From Spirochaetia bacterium (GTDB lineage Bacteria; Spirochaetota; Spirochaetia; CAKZLE01): DNA of 64,000 nucleotides. The stretch covers positions 3,936,001-4,000,000 of the forward strand of contig OY782041.1 of assembly GCA_963677595.1 (NCBI GenBank), in the 5' to 3' direction. Shown here one piece after another: positions 26,751 to 36,608 of this stretch. Each line of letters begins with the position of its first letter. Position 1 is the stretch's first letter. Below the pieces are notes generated by a model, which made no database searches, was not told the origin of the DNA, and saw nothing but the letters and a program-made list of their open reading frames with translations. A program made the position numbers and the translations under genes.

Positions 26751-29627
26751 TTACGAAATCTTCCCTAAGGCCCGCAGCACCTTCTCGGCTGTGAACGGCC
26801 AGTCCCGGATCCAGACCCCTGCAGCATCATAGATGGCATTGGCAATGGCCGGGGCTGCCCCGTTGCAGCTGATCTCCGAGACGGATTTGCCCCCGAACGG
26901 CCCGTCCGGGTCATCGGTCGGGATGAGCACGGCCTTGAAGTCAGAAGGCACTTCCGAGATCATCGGGACCCCGTAGTCCCTGAGGCCGGTGACCCGGCAG
27001 GCTCCGTCCTCATCAAGGATCATATCCTCGTAGAGGGTGTGCCCGATCGATTTCAGGCTGCCCCCGTAGATCTGGCCCAATGCCAGTTCGGGATTGATCG
27101 GTGTCCCGCAGTCCTGCAGGGCGTAGTACTTATCAAGTGTGATCTCACCGGTCCTGGTATTCACCGAGACCTGGCAGAAGTGGGCCCCATAGGGGAATGC
27201 GGCTTCCTCTGTCGTGAACGAGGCATAGCCGACGAGCTGCCCCATACCAAGGCCTGCCTGGGTATCCTGGGCGATCTGCCAGTAGGAGATCTCCTTCCCA
27301 CCCTCGGAAACGACCTTCCCCGGATAGGCTACTGTCAAACTCTCCACGTCCTCCCCGAGTGACCGTGAGGCGGCGTTAAGGATTCTCGTCCTCAGCTCCT
27401 CAGCAGCCAGTTTCGAGGCACTGCCTGAGAAGAACGTCCCGCTCGAGGCATAGGCCCCGGTATCGAAGGGGGTGCTGTCCGTATCGCCGGACAGGATCGA
27501 GACCCGATCCATATCGACGCAGAGTACCTCCGCGGCGAACTTGACCGAAACGGTATCGAGCCCGGTCCCGAGGTCGGCGCCTCCGGAGTGGAGCATGAAC
27601 GAGCCGTCTGCGAGCATCTTGATATCGGCACAGGAATGGTCAAGGCCGGGGAGGCCTGACCCCTGCTGTATCAGGGCGACCCCCTTGCCGATCCTCACAT
27701 CAGGATCTCCAGACTCCTCTCTCTCTCCCCAATCGATCATCTTGGCCCCTTTCTCGAGGGCACCGTCGAGCCCGCAGCTCTTCACGAGGGCGGGAGTCCC
27801 CTCCCGTCCCTCTCCAAGACACCTGAGGATCTCCAGCATGGAGCCCTCACGCACCCGGTTGGCCTCTAGCAGCTCATACAGGTCCATATCGAGTTCAGCT
27901 GCCAGTTCGCCGAGGGCAGTCATGAGTGCGAAGCTCCCCTTCGGGGCCCCGTATCCCTGGTATGCCCCTGTGGGCGGTATGTTCGAGTAGTAGGTCGTGA
28001 CATCGAATGCCATATTGTCACAGAGCACGAGCGGGAGTGATTTCGAGCAGGCGTTCATGGGGACCGTGAGGCAGTGGTTGCCGAAGGGCCCGGTATTCGC
28101 CTTGAGGTCCATATAGACCGCGGTAAGCTTGCCGTCCTTCTTCGCACCGAGCTTCATGGTGATCTTCATCGGGTGCCTGGTGCTGTTCCCGATGAACTCC
28201 TCTTCCCGGCTGTAGTGGTAGAGTACCGACCTGCCGGTAGTCCATGCAGCATAGGCGGTCACCTCCTCGAGGAGGATATCCTGCTTTGAGCCGTAGCCCC
28301 CGCCTACCCGTTCCTTGATGACATGGACCTGGTTCTCGCTGATCCCAAGGACGGTCGCAACGATCCTCCTCAGGTGCCATGGCACCTGGGTCGAGGCATG
28401 GATGACCACCCGGTCCCCATCCATCTTCGCATAGGCAATATGGGTCTCCAGCGGCGTACACTGGATCTGTGAGGTCTCATAGGTACGCTCGATGACGGTA
28501 TCAGCCTCTTCAAGCCCCCTGGCTATATCGCCGATGGAGCCGTGGGCACCCGCCGCGATGTTCCGGTGGGAGTCAGCATGGAGCGGGAACTGGTAGATGA
28601 CCTTCCCGTCCCGCTCATCAGAGCTCTGGTTATAGGCTTCGAGGTCATTCGGAGCTCCTGCGACATACTCGACGACCCCGTTCTGGACGATCGGTGCGCC
28701 TTCGGCTGCTGCATCGTCTATGGTGAAGACCGGCTTCAGCACCTCATACTCCACTTCGATGAGCTTCAGCGCCTCCTGCGCGATCTCGGGAGTCTCAGCC
28801 ACGACTGCCGCGACCCGGTCACCGACATGGCGGACCTTGTGATTGAACATCCGCTTGTCATAGGGGGACGGTTCCGGGAATCCCTGCCCGGCAGAGCCGT
28901 AATAGACATCGGGACAGTTCTTATAGGTGATCACAAGCACGACACCCGGACAGGCTTCAGCCTTCGAGGTATCGATCCTCGTTATATAGGCATGTGCATG
29001 GGGTGAGCGCAGCATCTTCAGGTGACAGCTGCCCGGTTCGACCATATCCTCGACGAAGGCCTTCCAGCCTGCGACGAGCTTCTTGCCGTCGACCTTCGGC
29101 TTCACCTTGCCAACCACACGAAGGTCTTCCCTGAACTCAGGGGCGATCTCCGTGGTATAGGAAGGATCATTCATCCGCTCCTTGGCCAGCTTCACTGCCG
29201 TGAAGAACTGTTCATAGCCGGTGGCCCGATTGAAAAGGCCTGAGAGTGCATCGGCGATATCGTCCCAGTCAGGGTCCGGTTCCCGCTCGAGCAGTTCGGT
29301 GATCAACAGGGCCGCAGCCGGGGCGTTATAGGCTGACTGGACGACTCCTGCATCCACCATCGCCTGCTGCACCACGCTGAGGTTCCTCCCGACAGCGAGC
29401 GATTCGGGCGTGGTGATCGCCTTCCCCTCTACCTGGCTGAGGACGAGCAGGTTCGCATACATGGGGATACCGTCGATGAGTACGGTATCGCTTCCTGCGA
29501 AGCCTTCCGCATCGTCACTGTCCCTGACTGATATAAACCCGGTTCTCTTGAGGACGGACTGCAGGGATTCCCCGGTTCCCCCGGTGAGCTCTTTCTTCAC
29601 TCCGTTTATCGTGCATGAGATCATCAT
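26751..29627 (-). CDS. xdhD: Molybdopterin-dependent oxidoreductase, XdhD-type Mo-binding subunit
   Basis: SVRDSDD..GFAGSD, VQQAMVD.GVVQS, HASTQVPWHLRR, GGGYGSKQD, GAYQGYGAPKG and GAYASSGT, as recalled for E. coli XdhD. Confidence 0.88.
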   Translation of the reverse strand: MMISCTINGVKKELTGGTGESLQSVLKRTGFISVRDSDDAEGFAGSDTVLIDGIPMYANLLVLSQVEGKAITTPESLAVGRNLSVVQQAMVDAGVVQSAYNAPAAALLITELLEREPDPDWDDIADALSGLFNRATGYEQFFTAVKLAKERMNDPSYTTEIAPEFREDLRVVGKVKPKVDGKKLVAGWKAFVEDMVEPGSCHLKMLRSPHAHAYITRIDTSKAEACPGVVLVITYKNCPDVYYGSAGQGFPEPSPYDKRMFNHKVRHVGDRVAAVVAETPEIAQEALKLIEVEYEVLKPVFTIDDAAAEGAPIVQNGVVEYVAGAPNDLEAYNQSSDERDGKVIYQFPLHADSHRNIAAGAHGSIGDIARGLEEADTVIERTYETSQIQCTPLETHIAYAKMDGDRVVIHASTQVPWHLRRIVATVLGISENQVHVIKERVGGGYGSKQDILLEEVTAYAAWTTGRSVLYHYSREEEFIGNSTRHPMKITMKLGAKKDGKLTAVYMDLKANTGPFGNHCLTVPMNACSKSLPLVLCDNMAFDVTTYYSNIPPTGAYQGYGAPKGSFALMTALGELAAELDMDLYELLEANRVREGSMLEILRCLGEGREGTPALVKSCGLDGALEKGAKMIDWGEREESGDPDVRIGKGVALIQQGSGLPGLDHSCADIKMLADGSFMLHSGGADLGTGLDTVSVKFAAEVLCVDMDRVSILSGDTDSTPFDTGAYASSGTFFSGSASKLAAEELRTRILNAASRSLGEDVESLTVAYPGKVVSEGGKEISYWQIAQDTQAGLGMGQLVGYASFTTEEAAFPYGAHFCQVSVNTRTGEITLDKYYALQDCGTPINPELALGQIYGGSLKSIGHTLYEDMILDEDGACRVTGLRDYGVPMISEVPSDFKAVLIPTDDPDGPFGGKSVSEISCNGAAPAIANAIYDAAGVWIRDWPFTAEKVLRALGKIS

Positions 29628-30460
29628 GACTGACCTCCTCGTTCTGTCTCGATCATCTTCAGGATCGTTACCGCGATCAGGTACTGCCGGTATTCCCGGC
29701 TGCCCGTGATGTCATCAGCCGGCGTGATCTCACGCCGTACCATCTGAAGGCACTGTGCCTCTTCGGTGAGGTCACGGTTCTCGATCGCCTGCTCTATCAC
29801 GGGAAGGCGCTGTATACCCGCACCGATTCCACCGACTACTACCCGTACATCGGCATACTGCCCGTCAGTCAACTCGGCTCCGAAGGCAACCACTGCGTCA
29901 GGACGTCTCTGGGCGGTCCGTGCATACCGTTTCACACGCACGATCCTGGGCTTCTTCTTTATGAAGATCTCCTCTATGCAGGAACCCTTGAAGTTCTCGA
30001 AGTTCTCGACGAACTCACGTATCGGTATATCCTCACGTATGATCCTGCCGTCTGAGTCTATGTCGATCGTGTGGATCCTCGCCTTGGCCGCGATCAGGAC
30101 CGGCAGCAGGTAGGAGTCATCCCTGCAGGCAGCGATGTTTCCCCCGATGGTAGCCATGTTCCTCAACGTCCTCGAACCGGCGAAGCATGCTGCTTCTTTC
30201 AGGTATCCCGGCACCTCATCTGCCTCGACGAGGTCCTGGAGGCGTACCATCGCCCCGATGAAGATCCCATCCTCGTTCTCGGCGATGACGTCGAGCCCCA
30301 GCCCTTCCAGGCTCAGTCCTGTATAGGGTAACGGCGCAGACTCAGAGCCCAGCCTGTTGATCTCTGTCCCTCCGGCGATGAAGAGACTCTCTGTCCCGAG
30401 ACGCATCCTATGCTCAAGAAGTTCATCGAGCGATGTGCTCCTGATAAAATCTGTGATCAT
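29624..30460 (-). CDS. ygfM: FAD-binding subunit, YgfM-like
   Basis: IAGGT and RNMATIGGN; coupled to xdhD by an ATGA overlap. Confidence 0.75.
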   Translation of the reverse strand: MITDFIRSTSLDELLEHRMRLGTESLFIAGGTEINRLGSESAPLPYTGLSLEGLGLDVIAENEDGIFIGAMVRLQDLVEADEVPGYLKEAACFAGSRTLRNMATIGGNIAACRDDSYLLPVLIAAKARIHTIDIDSDGRIIREDIPIREFVENFENFKGSCIEEIFIKKKPRIVRVKRYARTAQRRPDAVVAFGAELTDGQYADVRVVVGGIGAGIQRLPVIEQAIENRDLTEEAQCLQMVRREITPADDITGSREYRQYLIAVTILKMIETERGGQS

Positions 30461-30480
30461 ACCATCCTCCCATACCGACC

Positions 30481-31842
30481 TTACGAAGAGGCAAGCAGCC
30501 TTCCTGCTATCTCATTCCCCTTCTTAGCCAGTTCTCCTTCGTCGACCCCGACGATCCTTCCCTCATCGACGACTACCTTCCCGTTCACGATGGTGTAGGC
30601 GGTACTGTGGTCGTAGCCGGTGAATATGAGGGCTGCCAGCGGGTCAGAGAGTGACCCTGCGTACTCGAAGGAACTCACATCGAAGACCGCAGCATCTGCT
30701 GCGTACCCTTCTTCGAGCTTCCCGACCCCGTCGAAGTGGAGCAGGGACGCCCCGTTCTCCGATGCCATCCTGAAGATCTCCCGGGCTGTGATCGCCCCGC
30801 TCCCGTACCTGACCCGCTGCAGCAGCAGTGCGTTACGCATCTCACCGAGGAAGTCTGAGGAGTCGTTCGATGCGGAACCGTCCACGCCGATAGCCACGTT
30901 GATCCCCATCGGGAGCATCTCATGGACCCGACAGATACCTGAACCCAGCCTCATGTTCGAGGATGGACAGTGTGCAATATGGGTGCCGGTCTTCGCGAGC
31001 AGCTTCAGTTCATCGTCATTGAAGTGTATCCCGTGGGCGTAGGAGACATCATTCCCGATGAAACCGCACTCCTCCATGAGGGCCAGCGGCCGTTTCCCGT
31101 ATTTCTCGACGCAGAAATCACTCTCGTCCAGCGTCTCCGCAAGGTGCGTCTGCAGCCCGACCCCGTATTCACGTGCAAGCTTCACCGACTCCTTCATGAG
31201 GTCCTTCGAGACACTGAACGGGCTGCAGGGGGCCAGGAGGACCTTCCTCATGGCCTGAGCTGCAGGATCATGATACTGCTCGATCACCCTCAGACTGTCT
31301 GCGAGGATCTCCTCCTCGTCCTGGACAACGGAATCAGGGGGGAGTCCCCCATCCTTCCTGCTTAAGGACATGGAGCCCCTCGTCGGGCTGAACCGCATCC
31401 CAAGCTGCTCGGCAGCACTGAACTGCACGCCCATCATGTCAGCGGTGAACGAACGCGGGTAGAGGTAGTGGTGGTCGGTGGTCGTGGTGCAGCCGGTCTT
31501 CAACAGCTCGCCCATGGCAAGCAGTGAGGAGTGGTAGACCGCCTCCTCATCGATGAACTTCCAGATCTCATAGAGGTGTACCAGCCAGTCGAAGAGCTTG
31601 GCGTCCTGGACAGCGGGAATATTCCTCGTGAGGGTCTGGTAGAAGTGGTGATGGGTGTTCACGAACCCAGGGACCACGACGTGGTGCGAGCAGTCGATCA
31701 CCCGTGCCCCTTCAGGGGGCTCGATCTCCCTGGCGATCTGTTTCACCACTCCGTCATGCATCAGCAGGTCGTATCCCCTCAGAGGCTCTCTCTGTGAGGA
31801 TAGGTAGAGATAGAATACATCTTTCAGAACAAGCGCAGCCAT
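30481..31842 (-). CDS. 8-oxoguanine deaminase-like amidohydrolase
   Basis: NTHHHFYQTLTR, DHHYL, RGSMSLS..GGLPPD, APCSPFSV, THLAET, HCPSSNMRLGSG and GVDGSASND. Confidence 0.85.
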   Translation of the reverse strand: MAALVLKDVFYLYLSSQREPLRGYDLLMHDGVVKQIAREIEPPEGARVIDCSHHVVVPGFVNTHHHFYQTLTRNIPAVQDAKLFDWLVHLYEIWKFIDEEAVYHSSLLAMGELLKTGCTTTTDHHYLYPRSFTADMMGVQFSAAEQLGMRFSPTRGSMSLSRKDGGLPPDSVVQDEEEILADSLRVIEQYHDPAAQAMRKVLLAPCSPFSVSKDLMKESVKLAREYGVGLQTHLAETLDESDFCVEKYGKRPLALMEECGFIGNDVSYAHGIHFNDDELKLLAKTGTHIAHCPSSNMRLGSGICRVHEMLPMGINVAIGVDGSASNDSSDFLGEMRNALLLQRVRYGSGAITAREIFRMASENGASLLHFDGVGKLEEGYAADAAVFDVSSFEYAGSLSDPLAALIFTGYDHSTAYTIVNGKVVVDEGRIVGVDEGELAKKGNEIAGRLLASS

Positions 31843-31846
31843 AGTA

Positions 31847-32695
31847 TCACTCCATGATCAATGTGTCGATGAACTGGTCCAGCAGGTTGAGGGATACCTC
31901 CTTCCTGTAGACGGCAGTCGATCTCTGATCATCGATTGGCTGGATCAACGCCGCGTAATCGCGGCGTATCTCAGAATACAGCTCCTTCAGCTTTTCAACA
32001 GATAACCCGATGATTCGTCTTTCAGTCTCTACTGAACGGACCACGGTCGGGCCAACGGCACCGAAGGTGAGCCTGATATCATCTATACGGCCGGCTTTCA
32101 CTGAAGCCAGTCCGCAGAAGGATAATTTGGACAAGGCATTCGCCTTCCTCGTCCCAACTTTCCGGTACGATGCCGTGGTGAAGGATTCGATGGGGATGAT
32201 GACGGCAGTCATCAGTTCATCCTCCGCGAGGTCCTTCCTCCCCGGCCCGGTTATGAAGTCCATGATCGGGATCTCCCGCTGTCCGCGCAGCGAACTCAGC
32301 TGTACCTTCCCATTCAGGGCATAAAGCACGCTGATCGTATCACCGGCAGGAGATGCGTTGCAGATATTACCCGCGACCGTCCCGAGATTCCTCAGGGCAG
32401 GAGCCGCCATCTGGCTGACAGCAGTCCTCAGCATCTTCGGTACCTGGGGATCGTGCTCCACCTCCGAGAGGGTCGCACCAGCCCCGATCATGAGCTCCTT
32501 TCCCCTCACCTCGATGAACTTCAGTTCCCCCAGGTGGTTGATGAACAGGACCGGCCAGGGGAATCCCGGCAGGGTCCCGGCCAAGCTCCTGTACCGCACC
32601 ATCAGGTCGGTCCCGCCGGCGAGCGGCACCGCATGTGTCGCTTCCCGGATCTTCAGGGCCTCTTCGAGCGTCTGTGGTCTATAGGTCTCTACCAT
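31847..32695 (-). CDS. Xanthine dehydrogenase-family FAD-binding subunit
   Basis: LAGGTDL, RNLGTVAGNICNASPAGD and PIDDQRST..YR. Confidence 0.9.
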   Translation of the reverse strand: MVETYRPQTLEEALKIREATHAVPLAGGTDLMVRYRSLAGTLPGFPWPVLFINHLGELKFIEVRGKELMIGAGATLSEVEHDPQVPKMLRTAVSQMAAPALRNLGTVAGNICNASPAGDTISVLYALNGKVQLSSLRGQREIPIMDFITGPGRKDLAEDELMTAVIIPIESFTTASYRKVGTRKANALSKLSFCGLASVKAGRIDDIRLTFGAVGPTVVRSVETERRIIGLSVEKLKELYSEIRRDYAALIQPIDDQRSTAVYRKEVSLNLLDQFIDTLIME

Positions 32696-33162
32696 ATGCT
32701 GTCCCCCCGCTCCGATGCGAGCTGGACTCCCTTGATGATCATGTCGTAGCCGGTACACCTGCAGAGGTTCCCGGACAACCCGACCTTGATCTCATCGACC
32801 GTCGGATGGGGGTTCGCTCTCAGCAGGGCAACGGAAGCCATGACCATCCCAGGGGTGCAGAAACCGCACTGCACCGCCCCGGAGTCGGCGAAGGCTTCGA
32901 TGATGCATCGCCCCTCGTCAGTCTCACGGAGTCCCTCGAGGGTCTCGATGGTCGAACCGTGCACCGTGCCGATCGGCACCATGCAGGAGTTCACCAGGCA
33001 GCCGTCCTTCAGGACGGAACAAGCCCCGCATTCACCCTCGCCGCAGCCTTCCTTGACACCCGTGAGCCCGAGGTCCTCCCTGAGCACGTCTAGCAGCCGC
33101 ATCTCGCCGGGACCGGTCACGGTTGTCTCCTTGTTGTTGAGTATGAACGTCACGTCATGCAC
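32689..33162 (-). CDS. Xanthine dehydrogenase-family 2x[2Fe-2S] subunit
   Basis: GCGEGECGAC, NSC, QCGFCTPG and GNLCRCTGY. Confidence 0.95.
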   Translation of the reverse strand: MHDVTFILNNKETTVTGPGEMRLLDVLREDLGLTGVKEGCGEGECGACSVLKDGCLVNSCMVPIGTVHGSTIETLEGLRETDEGRCIIEAFADSGAVQCGFCTPGMVMASVALLRANPHPTVDEIKVGLSGNLCRCTGYDMIIKGVQLASERGDSIW

Positions 33163-35296
33163 GACTCTTCACCTCCATGATGTATTCCGGGGTCACCGGT
33201 ATCCTGTAGAGGTTCTTCCCGATCGCATGTTCCACCGCATCGGCGAATGCCGCTGCAGCACCGTCGAAGACGAGCTCCCCGAGCCCTTTCGCCCCGTAGG
33301 GGCCGTTCTCATAGGGGTTCTCTACCAGATGGCTGTGCATCATCGGGAAATCCATCGAAGTCGGGATGATGTAGTCCGCCAGCGTGTTCTGCACGAAACG
33401 TCCGTCCCGGTATTCCAGCTTCTCCAGAGACCCGTAGCCCAGGGCCTGGACGACACCGCCGTTCACCTGGCCGTGCACGATCATCTCGTCGATCGCGACC
33501 CCGATATCATGGGCAGTCCAGATGCCCTTCGTCTCCACCTCGCCGGTAGCCGGGTCCACCTCGACCTCGATGACGCATACGCCCCAGCCGAAGGCGGGGT
33601 AGGCATCACCCTGGAGGGTCTCCTGATTCCAGCTAAGGCCTTCGGGATGGACATAATGCACCGTGACCTCGACCTCTTCACCCTCTTCCCACTGGGCCTT
33701 GAGCTTGAGCGAAGCACGCTCCACGAGCTTGCCCACGACCATCAGCGACCGTGATGCCACGGTCGGCCCGGAATCCGGGACTACCGATGTGTCAGGGTTG
33801 TCGCAGGAGATCTTCTCGATCGGGATCCCCAGCACGGCTGCCGCGATCTTCGGGAAGGTGGTCTGGAGTCCCTGCCCCATCTCCACATTCGAGAGGAGGA
33901 TCTCAACCGTGCCGTCCTTATGCTTGCGCATCTTCAGTTCGGCCTTGATGATCTCCTGTTCGCCGTTCCCAGTGAAACCGGCTCCATGCTGGTAGAAGGC
34001 GATGCCGATCCCCTTCCCCTTGCCGGGGGTGTATGATCCAAGTTTCCTGATGAATCCTGAATCTTCATCGACAACATCCACCATCTCCTCGAGCTTCACG
34101 ATGTCATGCATGATGCCGTTGGTGATGGTAGTATCGCCCTGCTTCATGAAGCGCTGCCGCTTGTACTCGAGCGGGCTGATCCCGAGGGATCGTGCTATAT
34201 GGGACATGTGCATCTCTGCGAGGAAGATCCCCTGCGGGGCACCGAAGCCCCGGAAGGCATCAGAGGGGAAGCAGTTGGTCGCCACCGACCGGCCCCTCAC
34301 ATGGACGTTCTCTATATTATAGACGCTGTTGATGGAGAAGATCGCCCGCTGCAGCACGATGTTGGAACAGCTCATATAGGCACCGGCGTTGATGGTCACA
34401 TCGACCTCCATCGCCACGATGTTCCCGTCAGCATCGAGGCCTGTCCTGAATCTTCCCCGGCTCGGGTGCCTCTTGGCCGTGAAGCTTATATCCTCTTTCC
34501 GGTCGAAGACCACCTGGATCGGCTTTCGCACCTTGTTCACCGCGACCACGAGCGGGGCGGCGATGATGTCCGGGAAGTGCTCCTTCCCGCCGAACGCCCC
34601 GCCTGTCACGGCCTGGCGCACGACTATCCGCTTCTTGTCGATGTTCAGCACGTTCCCCACTGCCTTCCGCAGATAGAAGGGACACTGGCATGAGGCGACG
34701 AGCACGAACCGGTCCTCATCGTCATAGTAGCCTACGATCCCCTGGGGTTCCATGTAGACATGCTCCTGGTAGCCGGTGGTGATCTCATCCTCGAAGATCG
34801 TGACGGCCTTCTTGAAGCCTGCTTCCACATCGCCCTTGTTCAGGTCGTAATCACCGAAGGTGTTGTGTTCACCGAAGATCTTCCCGCTCTTGAGAGCGAG
34901 GCCCTCGTCTATGGTGAGGGCGGGAAGGAGGTCCTCATACTCGATCTCGATCTGGTCCTCGAGCTCAAGGATCGTCTGGCGATCCGGTCCCACGAGCATC
35001 CCGACCGTCTCACCGTAGAACATCACCTCGTCGGCGACGAAGACCGGCCAGTCGTTCCCAATCTGCTGGATCTCGTTCCTGCCGCCTGCGGGTATATCAT
35101 CCTTGGTGATGAAATAGTACCCCTCCGGCAGGTCAGGGCAGCTGATGCTCCTGATCCTCGCATGAGAGCGCAGGGCACGGACCAGCCGGCCGTATTGAAG
35201 ATCCTCGAACCCCATGTCCGAGAGATACTTCGTCACACCGCCGGCCTTGTCCACTGCATCGACTCTGCGGATAGATTCACTGATTCTCTTCTTCAT
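33155..35296 (-). CDS. Xanthine dehydrogenase-family molybdopterin-binding subunit
   Basis: QEHVYMEP, GGAFGGK, AFRGFGAPQ, EMGQG, GPTVASR and GAKGLGE. Confidence 0.92.
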   Translation of the reverse strand: MKKRISESIRRVDAVDKAGGVTKYLSDMGFEDLQYGRLVRALRSHARIRSISCPDLPEGYYFITKDDIPAGGRNEIQQIGNDWPVFVADEVMFYGETVGMLVGPDRQTILELEDQIEIEYEDLLPALTIDEGLALKSGKIFGEHNTFGDYDLNKGDVEAGFKKAVTIFEDEITTGYQEHVYMEPQGIVGYYDDEDRFVLVASCQCPFYLRKAVGNVLNIDKKRIVVRQAVTGGAFGGKEHFPDIIAAPLVVAVNKVRKPIQVVFDRKEDISFTAKRHPSRGRFRTGLDADGNIVAMEVDVTINAGAYMSCSNIVLQRAIFSINSVYNIENVHVRGRSVATNCFPSDAFRGFGAPQGIFLAEMHMSHIARSLGISPLEYKRQRFMKQGDTTITNGIMHDIVKLEEMVDVVDEDSGFIRKLGSYTPGKGKGIGIAFYQHGAGFTGNGEQEIIKAELKMRKHKDGTVEILLSNVEMGQGLQTTFPKIAAAVLGIPIEKISCDNPDTSVVPDSGPTVASRSLMVVGKLVERASLKLKAQWEEGEEVEVTVHYVHPEGLSWNQETLQGDAYPAFGWGVCVIEVEVDPATGEVETKGIWTAHDIGVAIDEMIVHGQVNGGVVQALGYGSLEKLEYRDGRFVQNTLADYIIPTSMDFPMMHSHLVENPYENGPYGAKGLGELVFDGAAAAFADAVEHAIGKNLYRIPVTPEYIMEVKSRA

Positions 35297-35327
35297 ATAT
35301 TTCAGTTCCTCCGCATCTTCTAATATA

Positions 35328-36548
35328 CTAATTCTTCCCCTCCAGCGAATAGGGCAGCATCGCATAGAATGCCGCACAGATCTCCAGGTCATCTACCCGG
35401 TTGATCTCATTCGGTGCATGTGCCTGGGCCTCGTCCCCGGGGCCGAACCCGATTGCGGGGATCTTGTGCCGTCCGGTCGTTGCCACGCAGTTGGTCGAGA
35501 AGGTCCACTTGTCCACGACCGGCTCCTTCCCGAAGAGGGCCTGGTAGGATTCGACGCCTGACTCGACGAGATAGTGATCTGCAGGGATCTTCCAGGTCGG
35601 GAAATAGAGTTCCTGCCCGTAATCGGTGCCTTTCCAGCCCCGTTTCGTATACTCCGGCATGATGACCTTGATCGATTCTTCCGATTCCCCGATCGCCTTG
35701 GACATATACTGCTTCACCTGGCTGATGGCCAACTCTGCATCCTCGCCCCAGGTCAACCTGCGGTCAAGGTAGATCATCGCCTGGTCAGGTACGGCACACT
35801 GGGACGGGCCCTTCACGTCGATCTGGGAGACGACGATCGTCCCCTTCCCGAGGAAGTTGTCATCATCGGGCTTGAGGTCGGCATTGAGTTGCTCCATAGC
35901 CAGGGTGGCTTTCGCAGCCTTGTAGGCAGCGCTCACTCCCCGCTCCGGGGCGGAACCATGGGAAGATACGCCCTTGATGAAGGCCTGGATCTCCATCCTT
36001 CCCCGATGCCCGCGGTAGATCCTGCAGGAGGTCGGTTCGGTAGAGACCACGAGATCCGGCTTGAAGCCCTCTTCCTCGATCAGGTACTTCCAGCACATCC
36101 CGTCACAGTCCTCTTCCATGACCGTGAAGGTGAAGTAAACACTGTACTCGCCGCCGTAACCGAGTTCCTTGAGGATCCTTCCGGCAGTGATCATGGAAGC
36201 CGCACCGCCCTTCTGGTCGGAGGTCCCCCTTCCGAGCACCAGGCCGTCCTTGATCGTCCCGCAGAAGGGATCGAATTCCCACTGGGACGGGTCACCGACC
36301 TCGACCGTGTCTATATGGGCATCGAAGGCGATCGCCTTCGGGCCGTACCCGACCCTGCCGACGACGCTGCCAAGCCCGTCGATTCGCACCTCGTCGAAAC
36401 CAGCCTCCTCACAGAGGGTGACGATGAGACGGCAGACCTCTTCCTCCTTACTGCTGTAGGATTTGGCCTGTACCATCTTCGAAAGGTTGATCGCGGTATA
36501 ATCGCGGTACTTCTTCGCAAGTTCTGAAATCTGTTTCTGCATCTCCAT
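35328..36548 (-). CDS. ygeY: YgeY family M20 hydrolase
   Basis: DAHIDTV, GRGTSDQKGG, VMEEDCDG, YRGHRGRMEI and VDKWTFSTN. Confidence 0.93.
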   Translation of the reverse strand: MEMQKQISELAKKYRDYTAINLSKMVQAKSYSSKEEEVCRLIVTLCEEAGFDEVRIDGLGSVVGRVGYGPKAIAFDAHIDTVEVGDPSQWEFDPFCGTIKDGLVLGRGTSDQKGGAASMITAGRILKELGYGGEYSVYFTFTVMEEDCDGMCWKYLIEEEGFKPDLVVSTEPTSCRIYRGHRGRMEIQAFIKGVSSHGSAPERGVSAAYKAAKATLAMEQLNADLKPDDDNFLGKGTIVVSQIDVKGPSQCAVPDQAMIYLDRRLTWGEDAELAISQVKQYMSKAIGESEESIKVIMPEYTKRGWKGTDYGQELYFPTWKIPADHYLVESGVESYQALFGKEPVVDKWTFSTNCVATTGRHKIPAIGFGPGDEAQAHAPNEINRVDDLEICAAFYAMLPYSLEGKN

Positions 36549-36608
36549 CCTATATCTCTCCTGATTCTGTTATATTGTTATAGTCACGTATGACGTTACG
36601 TCCATCTG

